A stretch of 64,000 nucleotides of DNA from Alphaproteobacteria bacterium (GTDB lineage Bacteria > Pseudomonadota > Alphaproteobacteria > MPNO01): the NCBI GenBank assembly GCA_964291675.2, contig OZ219865.1, positions 512,001-576,000 on the forward strand, read 5' to 3'. Positions 30,856-39,600 of the stretch are shown here, one piece after another (position 1 is the first letter of the stretch; every line of letters starts with the position of its first letter). The notes under the pieces are model-generated. The model was not told the origin of the DNA, searched no databases, and was given only the letters and a program-made list of their open reading frames with translations. The translations under genes and the position numbers were made by a program.

Positions 30856-31596
30856 TCAGCTCAGCGCGTCGGGCGGCAGGTCCAGCGCCTTCGCGATGGC
30901 GCTCCGCGTCTTGGGCGCGCCGCGATGCCGGCCCGTCTCGATATGCGACAAATAGGCGTGACTAATTCCGGCGGCGTCGGCAAGCTCTCTTATGGTCATG
31001 CCGCGGCGCCGCCGGCAGGCCCTGATCGGGCTCTCGTCGGATGCCGGGCGGGAAATGGCGTGCGGAAGAAGCAGCGCCGCGCCGGCCCCGGAGATCCGCT
31101 CGGCCACAGCCTCGTCGGCGGGGGCGGCCGGGACGTCGGGTCCGGCGACGAGGGTGAAATCGGGCGCCAGGGGAGAGCCGGCGATCTGCCACAACCGCAT
31201 CTCGACGGCGAAACAGCGAAGCGCGCCGTCGCCGAGCCGGTTCAGGTCCCTGACCACCTCGCGGTGTTCCTCGTGGAACCGGGTGGCGAGCCAGACCGCG
31301 CAGGCCGGCAGCCTGAGGGCATAGGTCAGGACCTGGCCGAGATGGGAGTGGTCGCTGAGCCCGAGCTGGGCCTCGATCACCACCGCTTCGCCGGTGGGGC
31401 GGTCGCGGCACAGGAGGTCGGCGCGGAACCGCCCGACATGGGTCTCCCGGGCCAGCGGCTCCAGATCGAAGCGCAGGGCGAGGCCGAGGCGCCGCAGGTT
31501 CTCCTCCTCCGTGAGCCAGGGGACGAATTCGCCCGGCTCGCTCTGCCAGACGGTTGCCGGCACGACGTGTTCGAGTTGTCCGAAAGACCTGTCCAT
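30856..31596 (-). CDS. PD-(D/E)XK-like domain (like the N-terminus of DUF4268 proteins) fused to a C-terminal XRE HTH
   Basis: FVPWL, VGRFRADLLC, VVIEAQL, DHSHLGQVLTYA; then RRRRGMTIRELADAAGISHAYLSHIETG. Confidence 0.8.
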   Translation of the reverse strand: MDRSFGQLEHVVPATVWQSEPGEFVPWLTEEENLRRLGLALRFDLEPLARETHVGRFRADLLCRDRPTGEAVVIEAQLGLSDHSHLGQVLTYALRLPACAVWLATRFHEEHREVVRDLNRLGDGALRCFAVEMRLWQIAGSPLAPDFTLVAGPDVPAAPADEAVAERISGAGAALLLPHAISRPASDESPIRACRRRRGMTIRELADAAGISHAYLSHIETGRHRGAPKTRSAIAKALDLPPDALS

Positions 31597-31812
31597 CGGG
31601 GCGGTGCTCCGTTGTTCGGGGTTGCGGGCACGAAAAAGGGCGCCGGCAGCTCCGGCGCCCTATTTCTCGACTGTGGTAAATCTACACCAAAACGCGTCCC
31701 ATGTCAAGTAGTTTTTTTCTTATTACGTCATGACCGGGCTCGTTCCGGCCATCCATGCCGCCAGCGAGGCGACGCCCATGGATGCCCGGATCAAGTCCAC
31801 TGCTGTCCGGTT

Positions 31813-33570
31813 GCCGTGAAACAGTTTCGGTGGGGGCGCGCGAGGGCCCCATCCAACGCCGGGAGGGAGTTGGCTGAGATCGCCGGAAGGGGGCGGCGAG
31901 ACGAGCGGTGGACTTCCCCGATGTGGCCCGAAGCGGTCCCGCGCGGCGGTCCGGCGTTATGCGGGCCGGTCAGGTGGCCTTGGGTTCGGCGCGCCGGGGT
32001 TGGATGTAGCCGTAGCGGCGGAGCATTCGGATCCAGCGCGGGGCGTTGCGCTTGACCATCAGCGCGTCGTAGTCGGCGGTGCGGTCGTAGTAGGGCCTGC
32101 CGGTCTTGAGCACGACATAAACGATGCGCAGCATCTTGTGTGCGCCGGCCACGATGGCGCGCTTGTATCCGCGCCGGGCGGCGAGCGCGCGGTGGTGGGC
32201 CTCGAACTGGCACCCCTTGGTTCGGGCCGCGCCGTGGGCACATTCGACGAGGCTGGCGCGCAGCGTCCTGGAGCCCCTTCGGGTGCGCGCGTTGCGGCGC
32301 TTTCCGCCGCTTTCGTTGTTGCCGGGGCAGAGCCCGGCCCAGGCGGCGAAGTGCTGCTTGGAGGCGAACGCCTCGATATCCGGGCCGATCTCGATCAGGA
32401 TGGTCGAGGCGGCGATGCGGTCGATGCCGGGGATGGTGGTCAGCAGGCGGAGCTGTTCCTGCCACGGCGTCATCTGCCGGTCGATCTTCTCGCCGTAGGA
32501 CGCGATGCGCGCCTCGAGCGCGTCATGCTCGTCCAGCAGATCGCCGAGCATGAAGCGGTCGTTGTCGCCCAGGCTCAGGGAGAGCGCCTCGCCGAGCCCC
32601 TCCAGCTTGTTGGCGACGTGGCCGGTGAGCGAGGCGAGGATGACCGCGCGCGGCGTGGCTTGCGCCAGCCCGTCGAGGATCTTGCGGCCGTTGACGCCGA
32701 AGACGTCGGAGAGGATGCCGCCGATGCGCAGGCCGGCGCGGTCGACGATCTTCTGCACCCGGTTGCGCACGGTCGAGCGCTGCCTGACCAGGGTACGCCG
32801 CTGGCGGCTCAGCGAGCGCAGCTCCCGGAACGGCTCGGGGGGAACATGGGAAGGCGTGCAGAGCCCGAACTGGCACACGCAGGCCAGCCACACGCTGTCG
32901 GCGACATCGGTCTTGCGCCCCTTCAATGCTTGACCTGACGCGCGTGCACCAGGATCGCTTCGATCCCCGCCGCCTCCACCGCCGCGAAGGGCGCCTGCCA
33001 GTAGATCCCGGTCCCTTCCATGACAGCGGCCTCGACGCGGCGACCGGTCAGCCAGGCGACCATCTCCGCCAGACCGCTCGGAAGCGAGCTGAAGCAGCGC
33101 GTCTCCACCACCGGCTCGCCCTCGCCCTCGCACAGGCGAACCGTCGCGGTGATCTCCATCTTGTGCACGTCCAGACCCGCCGCGCGCGGCCGCACGACGT
33201 GCAAGCCTTCCGTCTTCATCGCTGTCCTCCTCGTTGCGCTCTCGCCACGGCGGCGTAGGATCGCGCCGTGGCATCGCCACGGTGGAGGCGGGGACAGCGG
33301 TCGGAAAGACACGCACCCGTCGAGCGGGTGCGGTTCGATTTGCCGCGCGTCCACGGCCGCGGGCCGGGCACAGTACGGGGTGCGGAGCCGACCGCCGGAA
33401 GCAGTTTATATCTCGGGAACCACATCACCGATAAACGGAACGCTCACGCGTCGCCGCCTCCACCGTTCCCATCCTGCCACGGCAGACCCGCGCGACGATC
33501 GGCAAACCCTCAGCCGAACGCCCCGAGTTTCATGCCACGGGGTGGCTCAGCACCGCCGAGACCATGACGG
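31813..33570 (-). mobile_element. IS110-family element
   Basis: The flanks rejoin to ctgctgtccggtttatatgagctggaccggg, matching the empty site at 11554-11584; cggtt occurs at both junctions; no terminal inverted repeats. Confidence 0.88.
31970..33219 (-). pseudogene. IS110 recombinase with a 1-nt frameshift near 32925
   Basis: GLDVHK, VMEGTGIYW, GRKTDVADS (DEDD); AWAGLCPGNNESGGK (catalytic Ser loop); reads QVKH* where QVKQLKGRKTD is expected. Confidence 0.9.
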
Positions 33571-34878
33571 TTTATATGAGCTGGACCGGGCGCAAAGCCT
33601 TGTTCCGGGCGGGATATCGGCGCATCCGCCGGATCGGGACACGGATCGCCGCACGCCCGCACTTGCCGTCCCTGCCCCTGTGTTGTCACCCCGGCCGCGT
33701 TCCGGGCACCCACGGGCGGGGCGGGCCGCCCCCGGCTCCCGTACTCCTCCACCGCCACCCCCACCCCGTCATGGCCGGACTTGATCCGGCCATCCATGCG
33801 CAGACTTGATCCGCGCAACCACTGGCGCCACCGGTACAACGCCCCGTCGGGAGGAGCGGCGGCGCCAGTGGATGCCCGGATCGAGGCCACTGCTGTCCGG
33901 TTTGGATCAGCTGGACCGGGCGCAAAGCCTTGTTTCGGGCGGGATATCGGCGCATCCGCCGGATCGGGACACGGATCGCCGCACGCCCGCACTTGCCGTC
34001 CCTGCCCCTCCGTTGTCACCCCGGCCTCGTTCCGGGCACCCACGGGCGGGGCGGGCCGCACCCGGCTCCCGTACTCCTCCACCGCCACCACCACCCCGTC
34101 ATGGCCGGACTTGATCCGGCCACCCATGCGCGGACTTGATCCGCGCAACCACTGGCGCCACCGGTACAACGCCCCGTCGGGAGGAGCGGCGGCGCCAGTG
34201 GATGCCCGGATCAAGTCCACTGCTGTCCGGTTTGGATCAGCTGGACCGGGCGCAAAGCCTTGTTCCGGGCGGGATATCGGCGCATCCGCCGGATCGGGAC
34301 ACGGATCGCCGCACGCCCGCACTTGCCGTCCCTGCCCCTCCGTTGTCACCCCGGCCTCGTTCCGGGCACCCACGGGCGGGGCGGGCCGCACCCGGCTCCC
34401 GTACTCCTCCACCGCCACCACCACCCCGTCATGGCCGGACTTGATCCGGCCACCCATGCGCGGACTTGATCCGCGCAACCACTGGCGCCACCGGTACAAC
34501 GCCCCGTCGGGAGGAGCGGCGGCGCCAGTGGATGCCCGGATCAAGTCCACTGCTGTCCGGTTTGGATCAGCTGGACCGGGCGCAAAGCCTTGTTCCGGGC
34601 GGGATATCGGCGCATCCGCCGGATCGGGACACGGATCGCCGCACGCCCGCACTTGCCGTCCCTGCCCCTCCGTTGTCACCCCGGCCTCGTTCCGGGCACC
34701 CACGGGCGGGGCGGGCCGCACCCGGCTCCCGTGCTCCTCCACCGCGACCCCCACCCCGTCATGGCCGGACTTGATCCGGCCACCCATGCGCGGACTTGAT
34801 CCGCGCAACCACTGGCGCCACCGGTACAACGCCCCGTCGGGAGGAGCGGCGGCGCCAGTGGGTGCCCGGATCAAGTCC
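33571..34878 (+). repeat. tandem array of four 330-bp units
   Basis: Unit starts at 33889, 34219 and 34549; the first unit is split by IS110; near-identical; each contains REP hairpins. Confidence 0.97.
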
Positions 34879-35358
34879 GGGCATGACGATGGGGGGAGGC
34901 ATGGCGCTGGGCGGGGAACGCCGGGCGCGGCCCGCGTCGAAGGCTAAACCGGACAGCAGTGGATCAAGTCCGGGCATGACGGCGGGGGGGTTGGCATGCC
35001 AGGGAAGGCGGCGGCCCGGGCGACCTTCCTCGACGTTCTCCCCACCCCGTCATGGCCGGACTCGTTCCGGCCATCCATGCGGCCCCACCGCGCGCGAGGC
35101 TGCCGGTCGGGAGCGGTGGCGGCGCCCATGGGCGCCCGAAACACGCCCGGACGTGTTCCGGGGGCCGGGCGTTACGGGGAACGGGTTCGTTGGAACCGGA
35201 TGGGCTCCGGCGCGTCGCCGTCCTCGAACTGGCAGAGAACGGCGTCCCGCGCCATCTCCTTCGGATCGTCCCGGTCATCGCCTTGCGTGAAGATGGCGTG
35301 GCCGAGGGCGCGGGCGCCTTAGCCGCCTCCGCTCCCTTCCCCGCCCCTCGCCGGCGGA

Positions 35359-37644
35359 CTACTCGGCGGCCGCCCTGGTCTCGCCGCCGTCCATCAGCGC
35401 CAGCAGCTTGGGCGGCGACATCGGCAGCGACTGCGGCCGGATGCCGATCGCATCGCCGATCGCGTTGCCGATCGCCGCCAGCGTCGGCACCACCGGAACC
35501 TCGCCCACGCCCCTGAGCCCGTAGGGGTGGTTGGGGTTGGGGACCTCGACGATCACGGTGTCGATCATCGGCACGTCGGACGCCACCGGCATGCGGTAGT
35601 CGAGGAAGCTCGGATTGTCGAGGGTTCCGTCCTCGCGGTAGATGTACTCCTCGTTGAGCGCCCAGCCGATCCCCTGCACCGCGCCGCCCTGGTACTGGCC
35701 CTCGACCTGCAGCGGGTGGATCGCCTTGCCGGCATCCTCGACCACGGTGTAGCGGGTCACGTCCACCCGGCCGGTGCCGCGGTCGACCTTGAGGTCGACG
35801 ATATGCACCCCGAAGCCCGGCCCCTCGCCGGTGACGTTCATCTCCGAATGGCCGGCGATGGCGCCGTGGCTGACGCTGGTCCGGGACGCGATGTCCTTGA
35901 TCGAGAGCGGCTCGAAATCGCCCACATTGGCGCTCGCCGGCCGGCAATGGCCGTCCTCGAAGACGACCTCCTCGGGCGAGACGCCCCAGATCTCGGCCGC
36001 GCGCGAGACCATGGTGTCGATCGCCTTGCGCGCCGAGTCGACGATCACCATGCCCGACGAGAAGGTGGTCCGGCTGCCGGCCGTGACCCGGTTGTTGCCG
36101 ATGGCGCTGGTGTCGGCGAAGGTCGCCCGCACCTTGTCGAGCGGCACGCCCAGCTCTTCGGCCGCCATCATGCTGATCGAGACCCGCGAGCCGGCGACGT
36201 CGGAGGTCCCCAGCATGATGTTGACCGAGCCGTCGGGCGTTATCGTGAGCGATCCGGTGGTGTCGCCGCCCCGGTTGAACCAGAACCCGGCGGCGACGCC
36301 GCGCCCCTCGCCCGGCGCGACCGGCGCGTTGTAGTGCTCGGTCGCCTTCGCCGCCTCCAGCGTCTCGACGAAGCCGATCGGCCCGAAGGTCGCGCCGTAC
36401 AGCGTGGTATAGCCCTCGGTGGCGGCGTTCTTGAGCCGGAAGTCGAGCTCGTCCATGCCGATCTTGCCGGCGAGCTCGGTGACGATGGCTTCCACGCCGA
36501 ACACGATCTGCGGCACGCAGGGCGCGCGGAAGGCGTTCACCTTGGGCCGGTTGGAGACCACCTCGTAGGCGGTGGTCTTGATGTTCTCCAGCGCGTAGCG
36601 GGTGAACATCGCGTGCGGCGCGTTGAAGAACATCGAGCCGGTGAAGGCGCCGGTCTGGAAGATCAGCTCGGCCTCGGCCGCGGTGATCCTGCCGTCTTGG
36701 GTGCAGCCCATCCTGATCCGCGAGCGGGTGCCCGAGACCGGGCCGGTGCAGCGAAAAACCTCGTTCCGGGTCAGCACGATCTTGACCGGCCGGCGCGCCT
36801 TCTTGGACAGCAGCGCCGCCAAAGGCTCGCCGTAGAAGCTGGTCTTGCCGCCGAACCCGCCACCCATCTCGGACTGCATCACCTTGATGCGCGAGGAATC
36901 GAGCCTGAGGATGTCGGCCATCCGGTCGCGGAAGACGTGCGTCCCCTGGGTGCAGCACCAGACTTCGATCTCGTCGTTCTCGTTGCAGTTGGCGACGCAG
37001 CCCTGGGGCTCGATATAGCCCTGATGCATGGGCTTTGAGTCGTACTCGCGCTCGACGATGACGTCGGCCGCGGCGAACCCCGCCTCGGTGTCGCCCATCG
37101 CGAGGTCGAGCCGCTCGACGATATTGGTCGGCGTGTCCCCTCCCCCCTCGACGCCCTTGGTGCGCAGATGGTCGTGCAGGATCGGCGCGCCGGGCTGCAT
37201 CGCCTCGACCGGGTCGATGACATGCGGCAGGACCTCGTACTCGACCTCGATCAGCTTGAGCGCCCGCCTGGCGACCGGCTCGCTGGTCGCGGCTACCGCG
37301 GCCACCGGGTGGCCGTCGTAAAACACCTTTTCGCGCGCCATGACGTTGCGCGACAGGTCGCCGCCGGGCGTGCCCTGCGGCAGCTCGGGAAAATCGTCCC
37401 TCGTGACCACCGCCTTGACGCCCGGCAGGGCGTCGGCCTTCGAGATGTCGATCGACTTCAGCACCGCGTGCGGGTGCGGGCTCCTGAGGATCTTGCCGAA
37501 CAGCATGCCCGGCAGGATGAGGTCGGCGCCGAACTTGGCGCGCCCGGTCACCTTGTCCGGCCCGTCATGCTTGACCGGGTTGGTGCCGACGATCTTCAGC
37601 TCGCGATCGGGGTTGAAACCGGAATTCTCCAGAATGCTCGCCAT
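35359..37644 (-). CDS. xanthine dehydrogenase-family molybdopterin-binding subunit
   Basis: HQGYIEP, MGGGFGGK, AGSRT, EGQYQGGAVQGIG, RGVGE. Confidence 0.95.
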   Translation of the reverse strand: MASILENSGFNPDRELKIVGTNPVKHDGPDKVTGRAKFGADLILPGMLFGKILRSPHPHAVLKSIDISKADALPGVKAVVTRDDFPELPQGTPGGDLSRNVMAREKVFYDGHPVAAVAATSEPVARRALKLIEVEYEVLPHVIDPVEAMQPGAPILHDHLRTKGVEGGGDTPTNIVERLDLAMGDTEAGFAAADVIVEREYDSKPMHQGYIEPQGCVANCNENDEIEVWCCTQGTHVFRDRMADILRLDSSRIKVMQSEMGGGFGGKTSFYGEPLAALLSKKARRPVKIVLTRNEVFRCTGPVSGTRSRIRMGCTQDGRITAAEAELIFQTGAFTGSMFFNAPHAMFTRYALENIKTTAYEVVSNRPKVNAFRAPCVPQIVFGVEAIVTELAGKIGMDELDFRLKNAATEGYTTLYGATFGPIGFVETLEAAKATEHYNAPVAPGEGRGVAAGFWFNRGGDTTGSLTITPDGSVNIMLGTSDVAGSRVSISMMAAEELGVPLDKVRATFADTSAIGNNRVTAGSRTTFSSGMVIVDSARKAIDTMVSRAAEIWGVSPEEVVFEDGHCRPASANVGDFEPLSIKDIASRTSVSHGAIAGHSEMNVTGEGPGFGVHIVDLKVDRGTGRVDVTRYTVVEDAGKAIHPLQVEGQYQGGAVQGIGWALNEEYIYREDGTLDNPSFLDYRMPVASDVPMIDTVIVEVPNPNHPYGLRGVGEVPVVPTLAAIGNAIGDAIGIRPQSLPMSPPKLLALMDGGETRAAAE

Positions 37645-37646
37645 CT

Positions 37647-38126
37647 TCAAGCCTCCCTCATCTCTTCCGCCGCCGCCTGGACGGAACGGATGACCTTGTC
37701 ATAGCCGGTGCAGCGGCAGAGATTGCCGGCCAGCCAGAAACGGATCTCGGTCTCGCTGGGGTCGGGGTTGCGCTCCAGCAGCGCCCGCGCGGCGATCAGG
37801 ATGCCGGGGGTGCAGATCCCGCATTGCAGCCCGTTGAGCTCGAGGAAGTGGCGCTGCAGCGGGTGCAGCGCGTCCTCGCCTTCGGCCATCCCCTCGATGG
37901 TCTCGACCGACCCGCCATCGGCCTCGACCGCCAGCACCAGGCACGAGCAGACCAGCTCGCCGTCGAGCACCACCGAGCAGGCGCCGCAATCGCCCGTCGA
38001 GCAGCCCTCCTTGGTGCCGGTGAGCCCGAGCCCGTTGCGCAGCACGTCGACCAGGGTCTGGCCGGGCTCGCACAGCACCTCGTACTCGTCGCCGTTGATC
38101 GTCGTCGTCACATGAGCCTTGGGCAT
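37647..38126 (-). CDS. 2Fe-2S subunit (CoxS/CutS type)
   Basis: GTKEGCSTGDCGAC, QCGICTPG, GNLCRCTGY. Confidence 0.96.
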   Translation of the reverse strand: MPKAHVTTTINGDEYEVLCEPGQTLVDVLRNGLGLTGTKEGCSTGDCGACSVVLDGELVCSCLVLAVEADGGSVETIEGMAEGEDALHPLQRHFLELNGLQCGICTPGILIAARALLERNPDPSETEIRFWLAGNLCRCTGYDKVIRSVQAAAEEMREA

Positions 38127-38995
38127 CAGCCTCTCCTCGCCCGCGCGAGCGCGTTCTCGGCCGCGCGCCTGGCCATCACGCCGGCGGTCCTGATCCGGTA
38201 TGCGATGGTGCCGCGCTTGTCGTCGATCGGATCGCAGGCCGCGCTCGCCGCCGCGGACAGCGCGTCCAGCGCCGCCTCGTCGACCGCCGTTCCGGCCAGC
38301 GCCGCGCCGGCGTCTGCGACCAGCAGCGGCGTCGGCGCCACCGCGCCGAGCGAGACCCGGGCGGCGGTGCAGATTCCGGCATCGTCGAGCGTCAAATTGA
38401 CCGCCGCGCCGACCACCGCGATGTCCATCTCGGTCCGCGGCGTCAGCCTGAGATAGCAATCCCCCGAACGCGGCGGGCGCCGGGGGAAGGTGAAGGAGAC
38501 CACGATCTCGCCTTCCTCCAGCGCGGTCTCGCCCGGACCGGTGATGACGTCCTCGACCGGCAGGTCGCGCGCCCCCGCGGGGCCCGCGATGTTGGCGACG
38601 GCGCCGGCCGCGATCAGCGGCGGGACGCTGTCGGCGGCGGGCGAGGCGTTGCACAGATTGCCGCCGACGCTCGCCCGCCCCTTGACCTGGACCGAGCCGA
38701 TCAGCGCCACCCCCTCGATCACCCCGGGCCAGGCGGCGGCGAAGCCCGCATGGTCCATCAGCTTCATCCCCGAGGCCGCCGCGCCGATGCGCCAGGCGCC
38801 GTCTTGCTCGACGATCTCGGTCAGCTCCGGGATGTGCTTGACGTCGACGATGAGGTGGGGGTCGATCAGGTCGCCGTGCAGCAGGACCAGCACGTCCGTG
38901 CCGCCGGCCAGGATCTTCGCCCCGCCGCCGGCTTCGGCGAGCATGCCCACCGCCGCGTCGAGACTGTCCGGCGCGGCATAGTTCAACTCCGTCAT
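38126..38995 (-). CDS. FAD-binding subunit (CoxM/CutM type)
   Basis: LAGGTD, ASVGGNLCNASPAAD, PIDDKRGTIAYR. Confidence 0.95.
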   Translation of the reverse strand: MTELNYAAPDSLDAAVGMLAEAGGGAKILAGGTDVLVLLHGDLIDPHLIVDVKHIPELTEIVEQDGAWRIGAAASGMKLMDHAGFAAAWPGVIEGVALIGSVQVKGRASVGGNLCNASPAADSVPPLIAAGAVANIAGPAGARDLPVEDVITGPGETALEEGEIVVSFTFPRRPPRSGDCYLRLTPRTEMDIAVVGAAVNLTLDDAGICTAARVSLGAVAPTPLLVADAGAALAGTAVDEAALDALSAAASAACDPIDDKRGTIAYRIRTAGVMARRAAENALARARRG

Positions 38996-39260
38996 CCATT
39001 GCCTCCCAAGCGCTTCGCCCGCATCCGTTGCGATGGTGCAGATTTCGCCCCGATTCGGCAAGCCGCCGCGGGGACGGGACGGCGACGGGACGGGGCGCCG
39101 ATCGGCAAGGAAAAAGGACGCCACCGCCTCCGGCGCCCGATTTCCGCGATCATAGAGTTTGTACCACAAATCGCGTCCCATGTCAAGAAAAATTATCAAA
39201 AAAGACGATTTTCTGTCCGTTCCCGCTTGGCGGCGCCGCGAGCCGTCGGCCCGCCCGGCA

Positions 39261-39288
39261 TTGCGGGATGCGTCGTTTGCCCTATGAT
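39261..39288 (+). promoter_or_regulatory. possible sigma70-family promoter for the SelW-like gene
   Basis: TTGCGG-N16-TATGAT about 80 bp upstream of the ATG; pattern match only. Confidence 0.35.
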
Positions 39289-39369
39289 CCGGCGAATTGC
39301 GGACTCATGGCCAAGGCGTCCGGCCCGGCGACACGCGGGGTCTCGCGCGCCGGTCGCGGGAGGGTGGCG

Positions 39370-39585
39370 ATGGCGATACGGATCGAATACTGCCGGGTGT
39401 GAAACTACGAGCCGCGCGCCCTCCGTGCGAGGGACAGGCTGAAGGCGCTGGGCGCCGGCGATGTCGAGATCGCGCCCGGCGCGGCGGGCGCCTTCGAGAT
39501 CGCGATCGACGGGGAGACGGTGTTCTCCAAGCTCGACACCGGACGCTTCCCGACCGATGCGGAGGTCGACGCGCTGCTCGGCTGA
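39370..39585 (+). CDS. SelT/SelW/SelH (Rdx family) selenoprotein with in-frame UGA
   Basis: MAIRIEYCRV-UGA-NYEPRA...GAFEIAIDGETVFSKLDTGRFP: CxxU and GxFEI/FSK/RFP motifs; hairpin just after the UGA. Confidence 0.88.
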
Positions 39586-39600
39586 TCCCCCGGCCGGGGC

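Larger units (their letters stand above)
31799..34960 (+). mobile_element. REP-inserted MITE composite with 15-bp terminal inverted repeats, a 4 x 330 bp internal array and a nested IS110
   Basis: actgctgtccggtt at 31799 and aaaccggacagcagt at 34946-34960, both flanked by direct ggatcaagtcc (31788-31798, 34961-34971). Confidence 0.8.

Noticed and set aside
33571-34878. CRISPR or TIGR-type guide array next to the IS110 gene
   Set aside because: Units are near-identical along their whole length with no variable spacers, and the IS110 is inserted into a unit rather than paired with the array.
33510-34947. Long repetitive ORFs on both strands of the 330-bp array
   Set aside because: They stay open because the period is a multiple of 3 and the DNA is GC-rich; the sequence consists of REP hairpins and MITE ends.
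35359-38995. Aerobic CO dehydrogenase (coxMSL)
   Set aside because: The active-site loop reads AFRAPC, not AYXCSFR or AYXGAGR; substrate unknown.
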